From Hyphochytrium catenoides (lineage: Eukaryota; Protista; Hyphochytriomycota): a DNA stretch of 57,970 nt. Below the pieces are notes generated by a model. That model was not told where the DNA came from. It saw only the letters and a program-made list of their open reading frames with translations, and did not search any database. The stretch is from assembly GCA_900088475.1 (NCBI GenBank), contig FLMG01003693.1, forward strand, positions 1-57,970, written 5' to 3'. Shown here one piece after another: positions 22,806 through 35,785 of this stretch. The translations under genes were made by a program, and so were the position numbers. How positions within the stretch are numbered: position 1 is the first letter of the stretch; every line of letters starts with the position of its first letter.

Positions 22806-24027
22806 CTAGACCGTACAGTCTGGTTTTTCGTCTCTCATGGTGTCCATTGCTGATTCCCACTCCTTGTAGCGAGCAGCTCTTTCCAGTATTCCCTCCTCAT
22901 CTTCATCCCATACAATGGACAATCCTGAGATCCCATATTTACCGAACTCGAGCTCCTGGCGCTGATGGCCCTGCTCTGAGGAGGAGTGGTGATTCTTCTC
23001 CTTTGCCCAATGTCGTTTGTGCCGCCGGTTCGCANNNNNNNNNNNNNNNNNNNNNNNNNNNNNNNNNNNNNNNNNNNNNNNNNNNNNNCATCGATCACAT
23101 CGCGGCGCAGATAAAACCTAATGCTTCGAGACTTCGTGTTCAATGGGCTGTGCAAACAGAAGAGTCATGGCGTTAAGCAATGCTTTACAGTCTGAGCTGG
23201 AAGCGAACTCTGCACACCTTTCTCTATCAATATGGGGCAAGTGCTTGAGATGCGCATTTGTCAGGAGAAAGAACTCCTTTGCATCGGACCGTGATATCAG
23301 TAAATACTTCTTCCTCTGTCTCTCACAAAACTCGCACTATCCACATGAGAGAGATAGAAGTAATAAGGAGGCCAGTTAGAGAATGCCACATGGAATGCCG
23401 GGATGTGCTTACAAGGCGAATACTGAGTAGTTCAAAAATGTACTTGGTAGGACGTTTGCATTCCACACAGCAAATGCTTCTCCAGAGTAAATAGTTATCT
23501 CTCAGACTCTCATCACTGAGGCGGACAAAGCCGTATCTGTCGTAGAGAGTGGACCACAATACGTCACTGCTGGCTTCTTTAAGGTTTGACCTGAAAGGAC
23601 GTAACGTAGTCATAGCACGACAGCACATGACAAGTCAGTTGGTTCTCAGGAGATAAACGGCCGCAGCTAGAGCATGCTCTTACTTGCAAGATGCTGAAAA
23701 TGAGCCGATATCTTCCAATGGCAAAAGTTTTAGAACTATGAGCATAGCTTCAGAGGAGACAGAGTGAAGATTAGCTGCAGAATTGTGCCCTCCAGATACC
23801 GTGGAATTGGCATCATTGACATTCAGCGACCCCGTAGGGTGAGAGGCAGATGAGTTGGGTGGACCTTCGTCGTCGTCAAAGAATCCATTGCTTGAGTAGC
23901 CGCTGCTTTCGTCGTCTGACGGTGGCCACTCAGGAAGGGGGTTTGGCTGGAGCAGCTGTAGAAGGCTGTCATTATGCCGCTTTACGCGTGCCTTCCATGA
24001 CTTCCTAACTGACTCTTTCCGCCTCAT
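22806..24027 (-). CDS. F-box protein with XPA-like Zn finger and XPA_C-like domain (crosses N-gap 23035-23088)
   Basis: F-box: VSSEAMLIVLKLLPLEDIGSFSASCK...ASSDVLWSTLY. Then CVECKRPTKYIFELLSIRL-CEFCERQRKKYLLISRSDAKEFFLLTNAHLKHLPHI...IRFYLRRDV. Confidence 0.7.
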
Positions 24028-24737
24028 CCTTCTGGACCCTCTTACCTCACTCACAGTACTACGCTATCAAACGTTCGGGTCAAATCCACCATTCCAATAG
24101 GAGGTGAATGATGATGGTGACCCTTGGCAACTATTTCTACTATTGGTAAAGGAACAAGTAGTTTGCTGGAGTGTCAGCTAAGAGTTAATTGCGAGGGCCA
24201 AGAAGGGCATAATCTTGTGAGGAATGACTTTGAACAACGGCAGAGGAGAACCGCTTCTTCTTCGCGTGGCTTGCTACGCTGTGGTGCAACCCACAGCAGG
24301 TGGCAGGGCGCGGCGCAGCAACCTCAAGAGCGCGGAAAGCGGCTGTGTTTGCTGTCAATCAAAGATCCATACAGTACTGTAAGTGCTTCCATAATAGCGG
24401 GGTGCTAGCGTATCATTCGGAGGGGACCGGTGAGTTCTGCATGCGTTAGTGTTCGTCAGCCCCAGTAAGCCCAAGGATGAAAAGAAGTTTCTTTGTGGGA
24501 TAGTCCAATAGATTGATCAGGAATAAGGAATTCTCTAGAGTCAGTTATCCCTTTACAGCGATGCAGTACTGTTGAGGGCACAGGCGGCTTTCTTGTATGG
24601 TGTTCTTCTACAGCAGAAGAAAGTTCAGCACAACCTTCTGAGGATGGGATGATGATGATGCGTGCCTTGGACAGCGGCAGCACCCGTCGTTCAATTTTAA
24701 GATTGTCCTCCTTGCTGTTGGAAGGAAGATGTGGCAA

Positions 24738-25176
24738 TCAAGGAGACTCCTGATAGATAATATCGATGCTAGCAGATAGAATAGTTCCTACTTACGAAGG
24801 AGCTGGCGCGACAAGAGAGAGTTACAGCGGAGGATGCTGCACTGGAAAGATCCTCCTCCTCCTCCGCCGCCAGCCGTTCGTCCGCCGTCATCGGCGCCTC
24901 CTCCAATTCCCGAGGACCTTCTTCACCACCTACAAGTACTGATCTTCTCTCCCAGACTTTGTAGCTGAACCATTTCCTTCCGAGCCCGTCAAAGGCAGAT
25001 GTTCTTAAAAGAACGATGCGCTTTCGTCGCGGTGCACCACCGAGAGAAGCGGATGCCTTATTATTATTAATTAGCGAGTTAGACTTGCACTGTTAGAGTG
25101 ATGGAAAGGAGAAAGGACAAGAAAGAGGAAGAAGAACTGTGACGAGCTTGTCTATTATATCTCTGTAGGCGCTCAT
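24738..25176 (-). CDS. Hypothetical small protein (3 exons)
   Basis: An open exon of about 100 codons (APRRKRIVLLRTSAFDGLGRKWFSYKVWERRS...LAAEEEED) bounded by CTAACAG and GTAAGT, with short first and last exons. Confidence 0.35.
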
Positions 25177-25612
25177 TTAGAAGTATCACTCCAACGAGTG
25201 GCATGGCCGGAAATTTCAGCTTATTATTAGTCGCTGTTCTGTCCAATTATTGCTTCAGATTGGGGCTAGGGCTACGTATGAAGTACCATGAGTTCTCGTT
25301 TGCTGCCTCCTTTCTCTAAGGTTGAACTGATGAGAGATAGAGAAACTCTCTTATGAATGCGGCGGTACTGCTTTATGTTCCTTATCACTATTGATTGCAT
25401 AAAGGACTTACAGCAGCAAGGAGTCTATATACTAGATAATAGAGCTTGAGAGGCACAGCAGCTTAAGCTATCGCTTCCTTTGTTTACTATTCCGCAGGCT
25501 AGACTTATAAAAGTGGGCTGAGGTTTGTCTCTGGATCCGTTCGTGACTATTGAAGGCTGCCTGCTGAGGCCTCGAATTTTTTCGTATCGCGGGATAGTCA
25601 CAGGCGTAGGTC

Positions 25613-26883
25613 TCATTCTTTGCAATGCGTTGTGAGGAAAGCTCTGTAGTCTTCAGTAGATCCTCTGGCATACGGTAAGCATTTCTCTGCCTCCTTAAGC
25701 AGGGGCACGTATCTATCAGGGGAGAGTAAGAATGGCGAAGGCGGAGTGATTTGATGATCGAACCCTTACCTTACACCCCCTCTTATCAAATACGTCTCAG
25801 AGGCAACCCCGTCGACTTTGTCCACCTGTAGTAAACTCTGCATCTCGTTATAAGGTCCCAATGGAGTTAGCAAGCGTCCGTTAGGTTTGAGCTGCAATAA
25901 CGAGTATCAGGTTTTAGTCGAATAGTCGATCCTAGCCACATCAGCACTCTGGCTCCTCAAGTGCCTGATACCTGGGCAATTAGCTCATGAGGGATACTGT
26001 TGGCAGCAGCGCCAACGTGGATGGCATCGTACGGTCCAAACTCGGCGACTCCCTTCCAGCCATCCCCAACTAATTGGAGAAAGTGCAGCTGAGTTAGTTG
26101 ATCTTCATAGTATGCTGAGAAGAGCCGAAGTGTCAGCACAACCTACCAACAAATTTTACTGCCCCAGAATCAAGCAGGTCGCCATCTTTCTTGCGGCAAT
26201 TGGCCTCAGCTAGTTCAACCAGCTCTGGGACGTAATCGATACCTACGACGTATCCATTTTCTCCGGTGGTTTCATTCGTGCCCGATACCACCCTGGCTAT
26301 GCAGGCAGTCAGATAGCCAGAGCCACACCTGCAGCCAAGTGTTGACTTGCTGGTTAGAACGGAGAAGCTCAACGTGCGTCGAGAGACAAAATGCACTAAC
26401 CCAACATCGAGCACTCGAGCTCCTGGGTGCAGGAATGGCTCAAGTGTGCTAATCGCGAAGGCGTGCTGTACGGCATCGACATAGAGAAAGAGATACTACT
26501 ATTAGCAGCAGTCAGTTGGTGGAGAAGACATGAAGAAACAATACTCGAAGTCGTGATGAAGTACCATATGCGGAGCAGATATAGTTGCTTTCATGCCGAT
26601 GCTGACTGGGTTATCCACATAAGCTTCTTCTTCCCCAACATAGTTCGCTCTGTCTATTGCGAGTAGGGACGGCTTCACACGAGGACTGGTAAAGAACTTG
26701 GGACCTGACATACATAGGATGCGGATGTTAGCTTCCGCACCCTAAAGTGATAGTACGTCTTCATACTAGCATGCGACGTTGTTGCAGGGCCGCACACACA
26801 ACCATCATTTACGCACGTTTCTCTGCCACAGTGTTGAGGAGGTCCTCCCAATTGGTTGCTCTAGGAATATCTTGAGGGGGCAT
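25613..26883 (-). CDS. PCMT1: Protein-L-isoaspartate O-methyltransferase (multi-exon)
   Basis: [84 protein letters not shown]. Confidence 0.93.
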
Positions 26884-27361
26884 GTTTCTGGTATTCCGCG
26901 TTGCCTAATATGGCGTCTTTCGAGTCTGTTCAACCTCGTTGCTTCGGTTGGATTGTATTGGACTTCCGCTTGTTGTTGGCGAGGATAATTGAATAATGAG
27001 TAATGTGGCCCTGTGGGCCGCTTATGATCACCCCAGCGTAGTGCTTGAGCAGGTCGTAGACCAGCAAGTAGCGTAACTGGTGCATGTGCATATTGAGAAA
27101 GCAGATGCGGCTATGCTGGTCGGTCGCTCACAACACGAAGTTATCACTAGGTTATTGCAACGAATTCCCGTTTTCTTACGTTCATTCAGAGGAGTTGCCA
27201 GTGATCAGGCAATGTCAACTCGTACCTACCATCTCAACTAGCACCTTTTCCTAAGTACGGTGAGTGTAACGCGCCGGCAGCAGCAGTGAATAACTTTCAT
27301 TTAGGTGCCTATCCCATCTCATCTGCTTAGAAAGCGACTCCATCCATGCAAAGTTCAACTT

Positions 27362-27638
27362 TGAATCGAGAGTGAAGGTCACCAGCTTCCTGGCTCTTTT
27401 TGCTCTTCCGATCCTCCATTCTTTCCTGCGTGCCACGAAGAGAAGGAGCGCCAGATGTTGGCAGCTCGAGGAGCTTCCAGTTTAGATACGGCGCGTCATG
27501 ACCTTGCGGTCCAGAGCTCCTTCTGGCTCCTAGACGCACATCATCTGACTCTCCCTTGTGATGCAGACGAGAAAGGGAGGAAGAGGAAGAAAAAAATAGA
27601 GCTCGAGGAAACTTGTTGTGACCTTCACTCTCCATTCA
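27362..27638. repeat. Long imperfect inverted repeat / fold-back (~280 nt)
   Basis: 27362-27382 pairs with 27618-27638 (20/21, perfect 15-bp core GAGAGTGAAGGTCAC). The inner pyrimidine tract pairs with a purine tract, and CAGATG/CATCTG and AGGAGC/GCTCCT continue toward a loop at ~27480-27520. Confidence 0.8.
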
Positions 27639-28715
27639 TAATTGATCTTTAGGACGGATAAAAAGAACAAGTCGGTGCATCAACCCATAAACCCATAATC
27701 CAAGCAATCGAAAGGAGCAACTCTTGACGCAACCACAAGCGGATCCCTCTAACAATGAGAGGATGCTTGGTGAGAGTGGTAGGTGAGCAGCTTAACAACC
27801 TTGAAAACCCTATAGGAGAACGTAAACCCAATTGCCATTGGCTAGACTTAACCCTATAACCATTGGCTCTCGAGCATTAGCCCTAAGTCCCAGTTTGGCC
27901 AATCAGAGGTGGGGTTTTGTAAGGAGAGGGTTGCGGTAGAGTAAAATTGATCTCGCGGAGTCATGCCAACATTTTCACAATGAGAACATAGACTACTCGA
28001 TGCAACTTTTTCAAGGTCGGTCGGTCTGATCCTCCCTAGGATTCCCTACTTGTTCCTTGTTTGGCGAACCCCACACTCGACCATATATAGTCATGCAAGT
28101 CCAAAACGATCTAAAACGGTACTTGCTTTAGAGCTATTGGCTATTGATGAGTACCTAAACTCACCCACCGCGTTAGATCAACTGCACTTTTTTGGACTAA
28201 CAGGGAGTACACGGATGTCATCCGTTCACCTTGTAACCTGCAGGCGAGTAGTAGTAACGCATCATCGTGGTCCGTTATAGCACTGCCGCTTTCTATTATA
28301 CAACAGGGCACGCATGAAATTGCATCATCTCTTTTACTCGTTCCTTAGAGATTCATATGCACATTCCGATGATCTCCTTTATACTTTTTGGACCCTCATG
28401 CACGTCTTCTAATTATCTCCATCTGCAGCATCACCTGCACCTCAATAGATTCTCCGCCAAAAGAAGTGACGAATGGCACTACTGCACAGTTAGAGGTGTA
28501 TCCATCTTTGATAGATTAGTAGACAACAGCACCGCCGCGAAAGCAAAAGTCATCAACTGTGCGGCGTTATCATCAAGCATTTCCTGGTTTCCTCGTAAGT
28601 AATGGAAGGAGGATACTTGTTGTTATAGAGTTAGTGCTATCTTTTTGGCTAGAAGAAGAAGTCGCTACAGACGACGAGTTTGTTGTTGGAAGAGGAGTGC
28701 TTCAAATTTGCGATT

Positions 28716-31039
28716 TTAGGTGGCGAGCAAGGATTCTTGAAGATCTTCATCATAAATCTCAAGTCTCTCAACCCGATATGAATCAGATGCCTTCAAGCGG
28801 ATGCAGCGGTTCTCAATACTTAGTCGGGAAGCAACAACAGAGATAATTGCGGCGAAGGTTGATGGATGTACCTCGCCTGCAATGCCTATTACAAAGCGAA
28901 TATTTGTATGTAGAATACACCTAGACTACATAGTGGTGACTGTAGGTGCAATAGCCAGCATCTTACTTGTGGTCCTCCAGAGATCATCATCCTGGTGGTC
29001 ATTCCGAACCTAGTGCATTCGGGACTCAGGTGGTTGATTGACTCCTGGAGGTAGTGGCTGAGGGGGAAAGTGAATCTCAGGAAGTCGTTGATCATCAAGC
29101 ACTTCTGGCTACTAGCATATGTCATGACTTTCCTTGTTGGTCCGGCGCTTCTTTCAGTAGTAAGGAACCGCACTACTAGTAGGTATAGGTAGGACTAATA
29201 GTCTAAGATTTATTACTACTGGAAGTTAGTAGGTTGACTAACGGTAAGTATCTTAGGAGGCCTTGAACGGAACCAGGTGGGTTTAAAGATGATAGAAGGA
29301 GTGGGAGGAGGTGTCGGTAAGAGTTATGGTACTTTAGCCTTGAGATAATCCCATGGTTTGTTGTCACCATGCAGTTATTATGGTGATACCGTCGTCATTC
29401 CCGATATGCCGCGATCCGCTGTTTGCACGGCTTTGTTATCACCTGATAATACTCCTCTAGTCTATGCAGCCCTTCTTCCCAGATGTATGAGGGACATATT
29501 CCAGAAGACTCGTGTATGAAAGCTCCTTGAACGCCCATTTGTTTGCTCCTTCTGACAGTGTCTTGCCGCCTGCCAGCATCAAATCGAGACCGCGACAAGG
29601 CTTGGCCTGGATGGTGGTGTCGTGGTAGTGCATTGTTCCTCCCGACTCCTTACGCAGGTCTACTAGAAACATGCGCCCAAACTTTCCACTGTGACTATTT
29701 GAATGGTGGTCCCCTCTGCTTTTGAGCGGAGGCGATACAGGAGGACACAATTGAGACAAGGTCTATAGGGAATGAAGGTTAACATTAGATTCACCGGCTA
29801 AGAAGTACAACTTGCAATATAATTCCTCTTGATTAAGAGTTATTTCTTCTTCCGTACGGCGCGGATCAAATGCCTGGTTTGGCTCCCCTCCAGCACGGCC
29901 ATAGAGTGACGTCCATTCCGCACCACGAGAAAAAAAGCGGTAGTTCTCTCATATTATTAGACCTAGAAGTGGTTATATATTACGATAAAGCTATCAGTTG
30001 GGGAAAGCTTACGAAGCACCGTCGCCAGCATTGTAGCAAGATTTTTCACCTTCTTCGTCTTCTCGAAAGAAGTTGCTCTCGAGCTCTCCTGTATCAAGCC
30101 AAGAGGAAGACTTCTTGGCGGTAAAAGTTAGCCTCGCGGGCAAGAGGAGAGGAGAAACAAGAGTGAAAGAGTGTTACGATGACGGTTGAGGCTGATCCTC
30201 TGGTGGTGGCGGGTGATGACGATAGAGGCAGCAAGAGATCCTTGTTCCTAGAACTATGTAGTTCTAAAGGAGCAGTAGTGGACCGGTAGATGCTGCTGTT
30301 TGCTGGCGGAAGGAGGAAGAGCTGGAGGAAACGTCATCGCGCCACCATCTGTCTGACATCTGGAAAAGGCAAGGAACAGGTACTTTGTTGTTTGCCAAGC
30401 TCTCTGTCTGAATGTGGAAAGTTCCCTGACCATCCCCAGGACCTTCTGAAATAAATCTCATGGATACCCAATCCTTCATGAACTTTTCCACTTGTTTATT
30501 TGGGAACGCTGGAATAATACCGCTCGCGAATAATTCAAGGAAACCACGTCCGTTTCGCGGTAAGTTCTAGATGGAACAAAACTAAAGGTATTACTACAAC
30601 ATTTTATTCCGCTGAATAGCTCTACAATCTTGGGCATATTACTATATGGATCTGTCATCGAACGCTGGATGGCTCTGTGGAAATCTAGAGGCTTTTCTCC
30701 TACTACTAACGGTCTAACCCCCTTTAGCTCTCTACATATCTGTATATTATTACTTACAGCCATCAAGAGTCCTCCCTAAACCTCATAGTAGTACGCCATA
30801 GGGATGAGCTGCAGAATCTTCACTTGTTAAGGAAATACCATTCCGACAGAAGCTTTATGAGAGAGTAGTAATATATGTCGGTCTGATTCCTGTGGTGTGT
30901 GGCTGTGACTGCTGGCAGCTGGAGCCGCGCCCTCCTGCCTGGGGACTGGAGGACATGGAATGGCACCTGACCAGAAGACCTTCATTTCCGAATCTTCATC
31001 ATCGTGATCACCGGGCTTTACCAGCACTGCCAGGCTCAT
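28716..31039 (-). CDS. Uncharacterised multi-exon protein divergent from Hsp90
   Basis: A run of minus-strand ORF segments (30827-31039, 30476-30766, 30264-30491, 29457-29759, 28889-29173) flanked by GT/AG sites. No recognised domain, and the exon phase is not fully resolved. Confidence 0.45.
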
Positions 31040-31102
31040 CAGCGATTATATCTTGGACTTAGCAGTATCACCAGTTAGTTCCTTCCATCTCTTAACGGAA
31101 CA

Positions 31103-33211
31103 ATGGCAGCAGAGGCTGAGACCTTCGCCTTCTCCGCTGATATCAATCAGCTTCTTTCCCTTATCATCAACACTTTCTACAGCAACAAGGACATCTTCCT
31201 CCGTGAACTTATCAGCAACGCCTCGGATGCCCTTGACAAGATCAGATATGCAGCCCTCACGGACCCTTCTCTCCTGGAGACTGAGAAGGAGTTGGAGATT
31301 CGCCTCATTCCTGACAAGGCCAATGGCACCCTTACCATTGAGGACACTGGTATTGGTATGACCAAGGCTGACCTCATCAACAACCTCGGAACTATTGCCA
31401 AGTCTGGCACCAAGGCTTTCATGGAGGCACTCCAAGCTGGTGCTGACATCAGCATGATTGGTCAGTTCGGTGTCGGTTTCTACTCCGCATACCTTGTGGC
31501 TGATAGGGTCACCGTTCACTCTAAGCACAACGATGACGAGCAGCACGTCTGGGAGTCCGCAGCTGGTGGCTCTTTCACTGTTACTCTCGACAAGGAGAGT
31601 GAGCCCCTTACCCGCGGCACCCGCATTGTCCTTAAGTTGAAGGAGGACATGCTTGACTACCTTGAGGAAAGGAGGATCAAGGATCTTGTCAAGAAACACT
31701 CCGAGTTCATTGGCTTCCCCATCAAGCTTTGGGTAGAGAAGACTACCGAAAAGGAAGTCTCTGATGATGAGGAGGAAGAGGAGGCTGATGCTGACAAGCC
31801 CAAGGTAGAGGACGTTACGGAGGAAGATGAGAAGAAGCCTAAGAAGAAGAAGACCATCAAGGAGGTTACCCACGAATGGGTCCACCTCAATGATCAGAAG
31901 CCAATCTGGATGCGTAAGGCTGAGGACGTCACCACTGAGGAATACGCTGCCTTTTACAAGTCTATCACAAACGACTGGGAGGAGCACCTTGCAGTCAAGC
32001 ACTTCTCTGTGGAGGGACAGCTTGAATTCAAGGCTCTACTCTTCTGCCCAAAGCGTGCTCCTTTCGACATGTTTGAGAGCACCAACAAGAAGAAGCTCAA
32101 CAATATCAAACTCTATGTCCGCAGAGTGTTCATCATGGACAACTGTGAGGATTTGATGCCTGAGTTCCTTTCCTTCATCAAGGGTGTTGTCGACTCTGAG
32201 GATCTTCCACTCAACATCTCCCGTGAGACCCTGCAGCAGAACAAGATCCTTCGCGTCATCAAGAAGAACTTGGTAAAGAAGTGCATTGAGATGTTCAATG
32301 AGCTCGCTGAGGATGCTGACAAGTATAAGAAGTTCTATGAGGCCTTTGCCAAGAACATCAAGCTTGGCATCCACGAAGACTCTACCAACAGGGCAAAGCT
32401 TGCTAAGCTCCTGCGTTACCACTCTACCAAATCTGGTGAGGACATGGTCAGCCTGGATGACTACATTGGTCGCATGAAGGAGAACCAGCCTGGTATCTAC
32501 TACATCACTGGTGAGAGCCGCAAGGCTGTGGAGAACTCTCCTTTCCTTGAGAAGCTGAAGAAGAAGGGCTATGAGGTGCTTTTCATGGTGGACCCAATTG
32601 ACGAGTTCGCAGTCCAGCAGCTCAAGGAGTATGAGGACAAGAAGCTCATCTGCGCTACCAAGGAGGGTCTCAAGCTTGAGGATGATGAGGAGGAGAAGAA
32701 GGCGTTCGAGGAAGCGAAGGCAGCTTCTGAGGGTCTCTGCAAGCTGGTCAAGGAGGTCTTGGATGACAAGGTTGATAAGGTCGTTGTCTCGGCACGTATC
32801 GTTGACTCACCTTGTGTCCTGGTCACCGGCGAGTATGGCTGGTCCGCTAACATGGAGAGAATCATGAAGGCTCAGGCTCTTCGCGACCCATCTCAGTCCA
32901 TGTACATGAGCTCCAAGAAGACCATGGAGATCAACCCAACTCACCCTATTATCACTGCCCTTCGTGAGAAGGCCAATGCTGACAAGGGTGACAAGACCGT
33001 CAAGGACCTTATCTGGCTGCTCTATGACACCTCTTTGTTAACCTCTGGTTTCTCCCTCGACGAGCCCACTACTTTTGCCAACCGCATCCACCGCCTTATC
33101 AAGCTTGGTCTCAGCATTGACGATGATGTAGAAGTAGATGATAAGATCGATGATCTTCCTCCTCTTGAGGAGGCAGGCATGGAGGAGTCCACCATGGAGG
33201 AGGTTGACTAA
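31103..33211 (+). CDS. HSP90: Cytosolic heat shock protein 90, intronless
   Basis: [68 protein letters not shown]-terminal MEEVD. Strong codon bias. Confidence 0.99.
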   Translation: MAAEAETFAFSADINQLLSLIINTFYSNKDIFLRELISNASDALDKIRYAALTDPSLLETEKELEIRLIPDKANGTLTIEDTGIGMTKADLINNLGTIAKSGTKAFMEALQAGADISMIGQFGVGFYSAYLVADRVTVHSKHNDDEQHVWESAAGGSFTVTLDKESEPLTRGTRIVLKLKEDMLDYLEERRIKDLVKKHSEFIGFPIKLWVEKTTEKEVSDDEEEEEADADKPKVEDVTEEDEKKPKKKKTIKEVTHEWVHLNDQKPIWMRKAEDVTTEEYAAFYKSITNDWEEHLAVKHFSVEGQLEFKALLFCPKRAPFDMFESTNKKKLNNIKLYVRRVFIMDNCEDLMPEFLSFIKGVVDSEDLPLNISRETLQQNKILRVIKKNLVKKCIEMFNELAEDADKYKKFYEAFAKNIKLGIHEDSTNRAKLAKLLRYHSTKSGEDMVSLDDYIGRMKENQPGIYYITGESRKAVENSPFLEKLKKKGYEVLFMVDPIDEFAVQQLKEYEDKKLICATKEGLKLEDDEEEKKAFEEAKAASEGLCKLVKEVLDDKVDKVVVSARIVDSPCVLVTGEYGWSANMERIMKAQALRDPSQSMYMSSKKTMEINPTHPIITALREKANADKGDKTVKDLIWLLYDTSLLTSGFSLDEPTTFANRIHRLIKLGLSIDDDVEVDDKIDDLPPLEEAGMEESTMEEVD

Positions 33212-33456
33212 GCTTAGTGAGCAATAGTAGCGCACAGAGTAATGATCGTGATGCGTATTTATTTGTTTTAACGGACTAACAGAGCTGTTGATTGTCTGTT
33301 GATGCAAAGTGAAGTGCCTAGCATCCCTTTACGGCCTCTTTTCTCTTTAGTCTACGACATACAGCTTGCCGATTAGACTTCTACCTTGTTACATTCTTCG
33401 ATCGACATCACGGGTCACTTTCATAGGACGTATTGCATGCTTGAATAAATAAGAGC

Positions 33457-34837
33457 TTAGTGAGGGACCTTCTCTTCCTCTCCTGTGTCCTTCTCTTCCT
33501 CTCCTGTGTCAGCCAAAAGGGCCGTGTAGTACCGGCTTCCCACATCCGTGCTCTGTACGGGTATCTTTCTCTGATAATGCAGCAAACTGAGAACGGGCAG
33601 TAGCTCTGTAACGCCAAAGAAGACAAAGATATAGAACGTCGGCCTTCCAGAATGCAGCTCCACGTGCTCAAAGGAGAGAGCAACAAGAAGGACTGCCCTC
33701 AGAACAAAGGTTGCGCTCAGCAGCACGGTAAGAACTTGAATCTACGGTAGTTGATCAGAGTTAGCGTTTGGCATAACTAGAGGCGGCAATGACAAGGGCA
33801 CTCAGTGAAGCACTAACATGACGACCTGAGACAAGGGTACCTGCGGTCTAGTTAGAAAAGAGGGGTTTCTGCCATAGGAAGTAGCTGTGTAACAAATAAG
33901 GATCAACCAGCGGTAGGGTTTCCGTCACTCACCTCCCGGAGCTTGGACCGTCTAATCTGTAGCTCCACAGGGACAGACTTCAGCTCTCTATGCGCAAGAT
34001 TCCCATACCAGCAGAGCGCTGCAGCCACGGCCAGCGATACAAAGCATGTGAAGATTGAGTACGATTTGCCTGTCACAAACATCTATCCGTCATCTACCGA
34101 GTACATACATAGAGCAGTTTGAAGCCTTACCCACGAGCTTAGCATCCTCAACCCAGACGAAAGCGTAGAGCGCCCAAACAAAAAAGAAGCATGCCGCCGT
34201 TACAGCGCTGAAGAGCTTGCCGATGGGCAACACCAAATCTGCATAGTACTCTGTGCTGCCGATGGCAGTGTAATAAATCTCAGCCAGAAACAGGATGATA
34301 AGCACGTATGTGGAGGCAAACAGCGGACTGGAGACCTGACAGAGGCGTGAGACAATCGCTTAGCTCACCAGACCACAATGCATACATATGGCGGTCAGCA
34401 AACCTGATCCACTGCGTAAAATAAGCGGCGCTCTCTCAGAGAGCACTCCGAGGAGATTGAGCCCTCTGTTATCTGACACCAATTAGTTCCCAAGAGGTAG
34501 AGCAGCCAGCATCGAACTATGACGGAAAGCGAGGATAGAGACGACATGAATCACTACTATGAGCTGCCATATAGAAATTCTTAGAAGCCCCTACCTGCTC
34601 CGATAGCGAAGAGGTGCGCATGAATGAGCTTCTGCCGAGTCCAGAGTCGGTAATTTAGAAGATTTCGAGCAAATTGCACGAGCGCCACTCCAGACACTAT
34701 GGCAAAGGCTCCCGCCGCAATTTTAAAGGTGCGTTGAAGGCCTTCATTCTCAGCTATGAAGAGTGTCATTGCTCTGTACCAGATATAGGATCAATAAAGT
34801 TCTTCAACTTACCGGCAATTGCCAAGAAGCTCTCCAT
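33457..34837 (-). CDS. Multi-pass membrane protein, TOM1/THH1 (DUF1084)/GPR137-like
   Basis: LVQFARNLLNYRLWTRQKLIH, LFASTYVLIILFLAEIYY, VLLSATFVLRAV, FFGVTELLPVLSLLHYQRKIP. About 7 hydrophobic segments over several exons. Confidence 0.75.
33469..33510. repeat. Perfect 21-bp tandem duplication encoding DTGEEEK x2
   Basis: CTTCTCTTCCTCTCCTGTGTC repeated twice at the 3' end of the TOM1-like CDS. Confidence 0.95.
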
Positions 34838-35785
34838 GTCTCAAGATCAAGCTAAATAACCACGAGATGTACCTCTAAGGCCGAACGTGTGAGCGCCAGT
34901 TGAACCTCGAGCAGGTTCAAGCCTTCCGCGTGATAAGTACCACTCCCCCTGCTATAAGGCCCTTGGGACGATGCGCAATAAAATCTGGAAACTCCAGAAA
35001 ACTTCCTGTCTTGCCCTTGCTTCCTGGTAGAAACTCTGGAGAAAGGAGGAACAACACCGAATGCGAATCTTCTGAAGAAAGGAGTCGGCTCTTTGATAAT
35101 CACTCACCAGTTACCTCGGGACCTAAGTTGAAGTTTTTATCACACACCACACTCTGCCTCCTCTATAATCCAAGGAAATATCGACTGATTACATCTACTC
35201 GGAGGGTGGCGGCCAGTTGCAGCTCAATGGAATGCGATGCACTGCGCTAGATCTACTACTACTTATTGTTGGTTGATCCGCATTGCAGACTGCAGGGGTG
35301 TTCTTAGAGATGTCCGATCGAGCTTCCGCCTAGTGTCACGTGTGAAAGAGCTCCTTGCTGCAGTGTTTACGTAAGTTTCGGTCGACATCAGTCCATGATG
35401 GCCCTGCTCAGAGGCAAGATGGGCAAACTTGGGGCTGATGGCAGAGGGGAGAAGGATGTGACAATATTTCTATATGCGGACGTTGCGGGCATCCCACATC
35501 ATCCCGCATCTAATAGTAGCCAGCCTCAAGCAGGTTGACCCGACTCAGATATGGTAGATGACACTGAAGTGCGTTAGAGGCAGCCGCCGCCAGAGGAATC
35601 AAGTGCATTGGCTTCATTTCGGCTTCACTGTGCTCCTGGCCTATCAACGGCTCCGTGGCGACCCGGAACCCCGCAAGTAGTTAGATGCCCTCCAAGCAAG
35701 AAATTCATGTTGGACGTTCTCACTGAGACGTTGACACACGCGTGGTTCCTCTTCATCTGTCCACCACGTCCACGATGTGAGCTGG

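Noticed and set aside
31046-32865. Long antisense ORFs over Hsp90
   Set aside because: Known by-product of codon bias in highly expressed chaperone genes.
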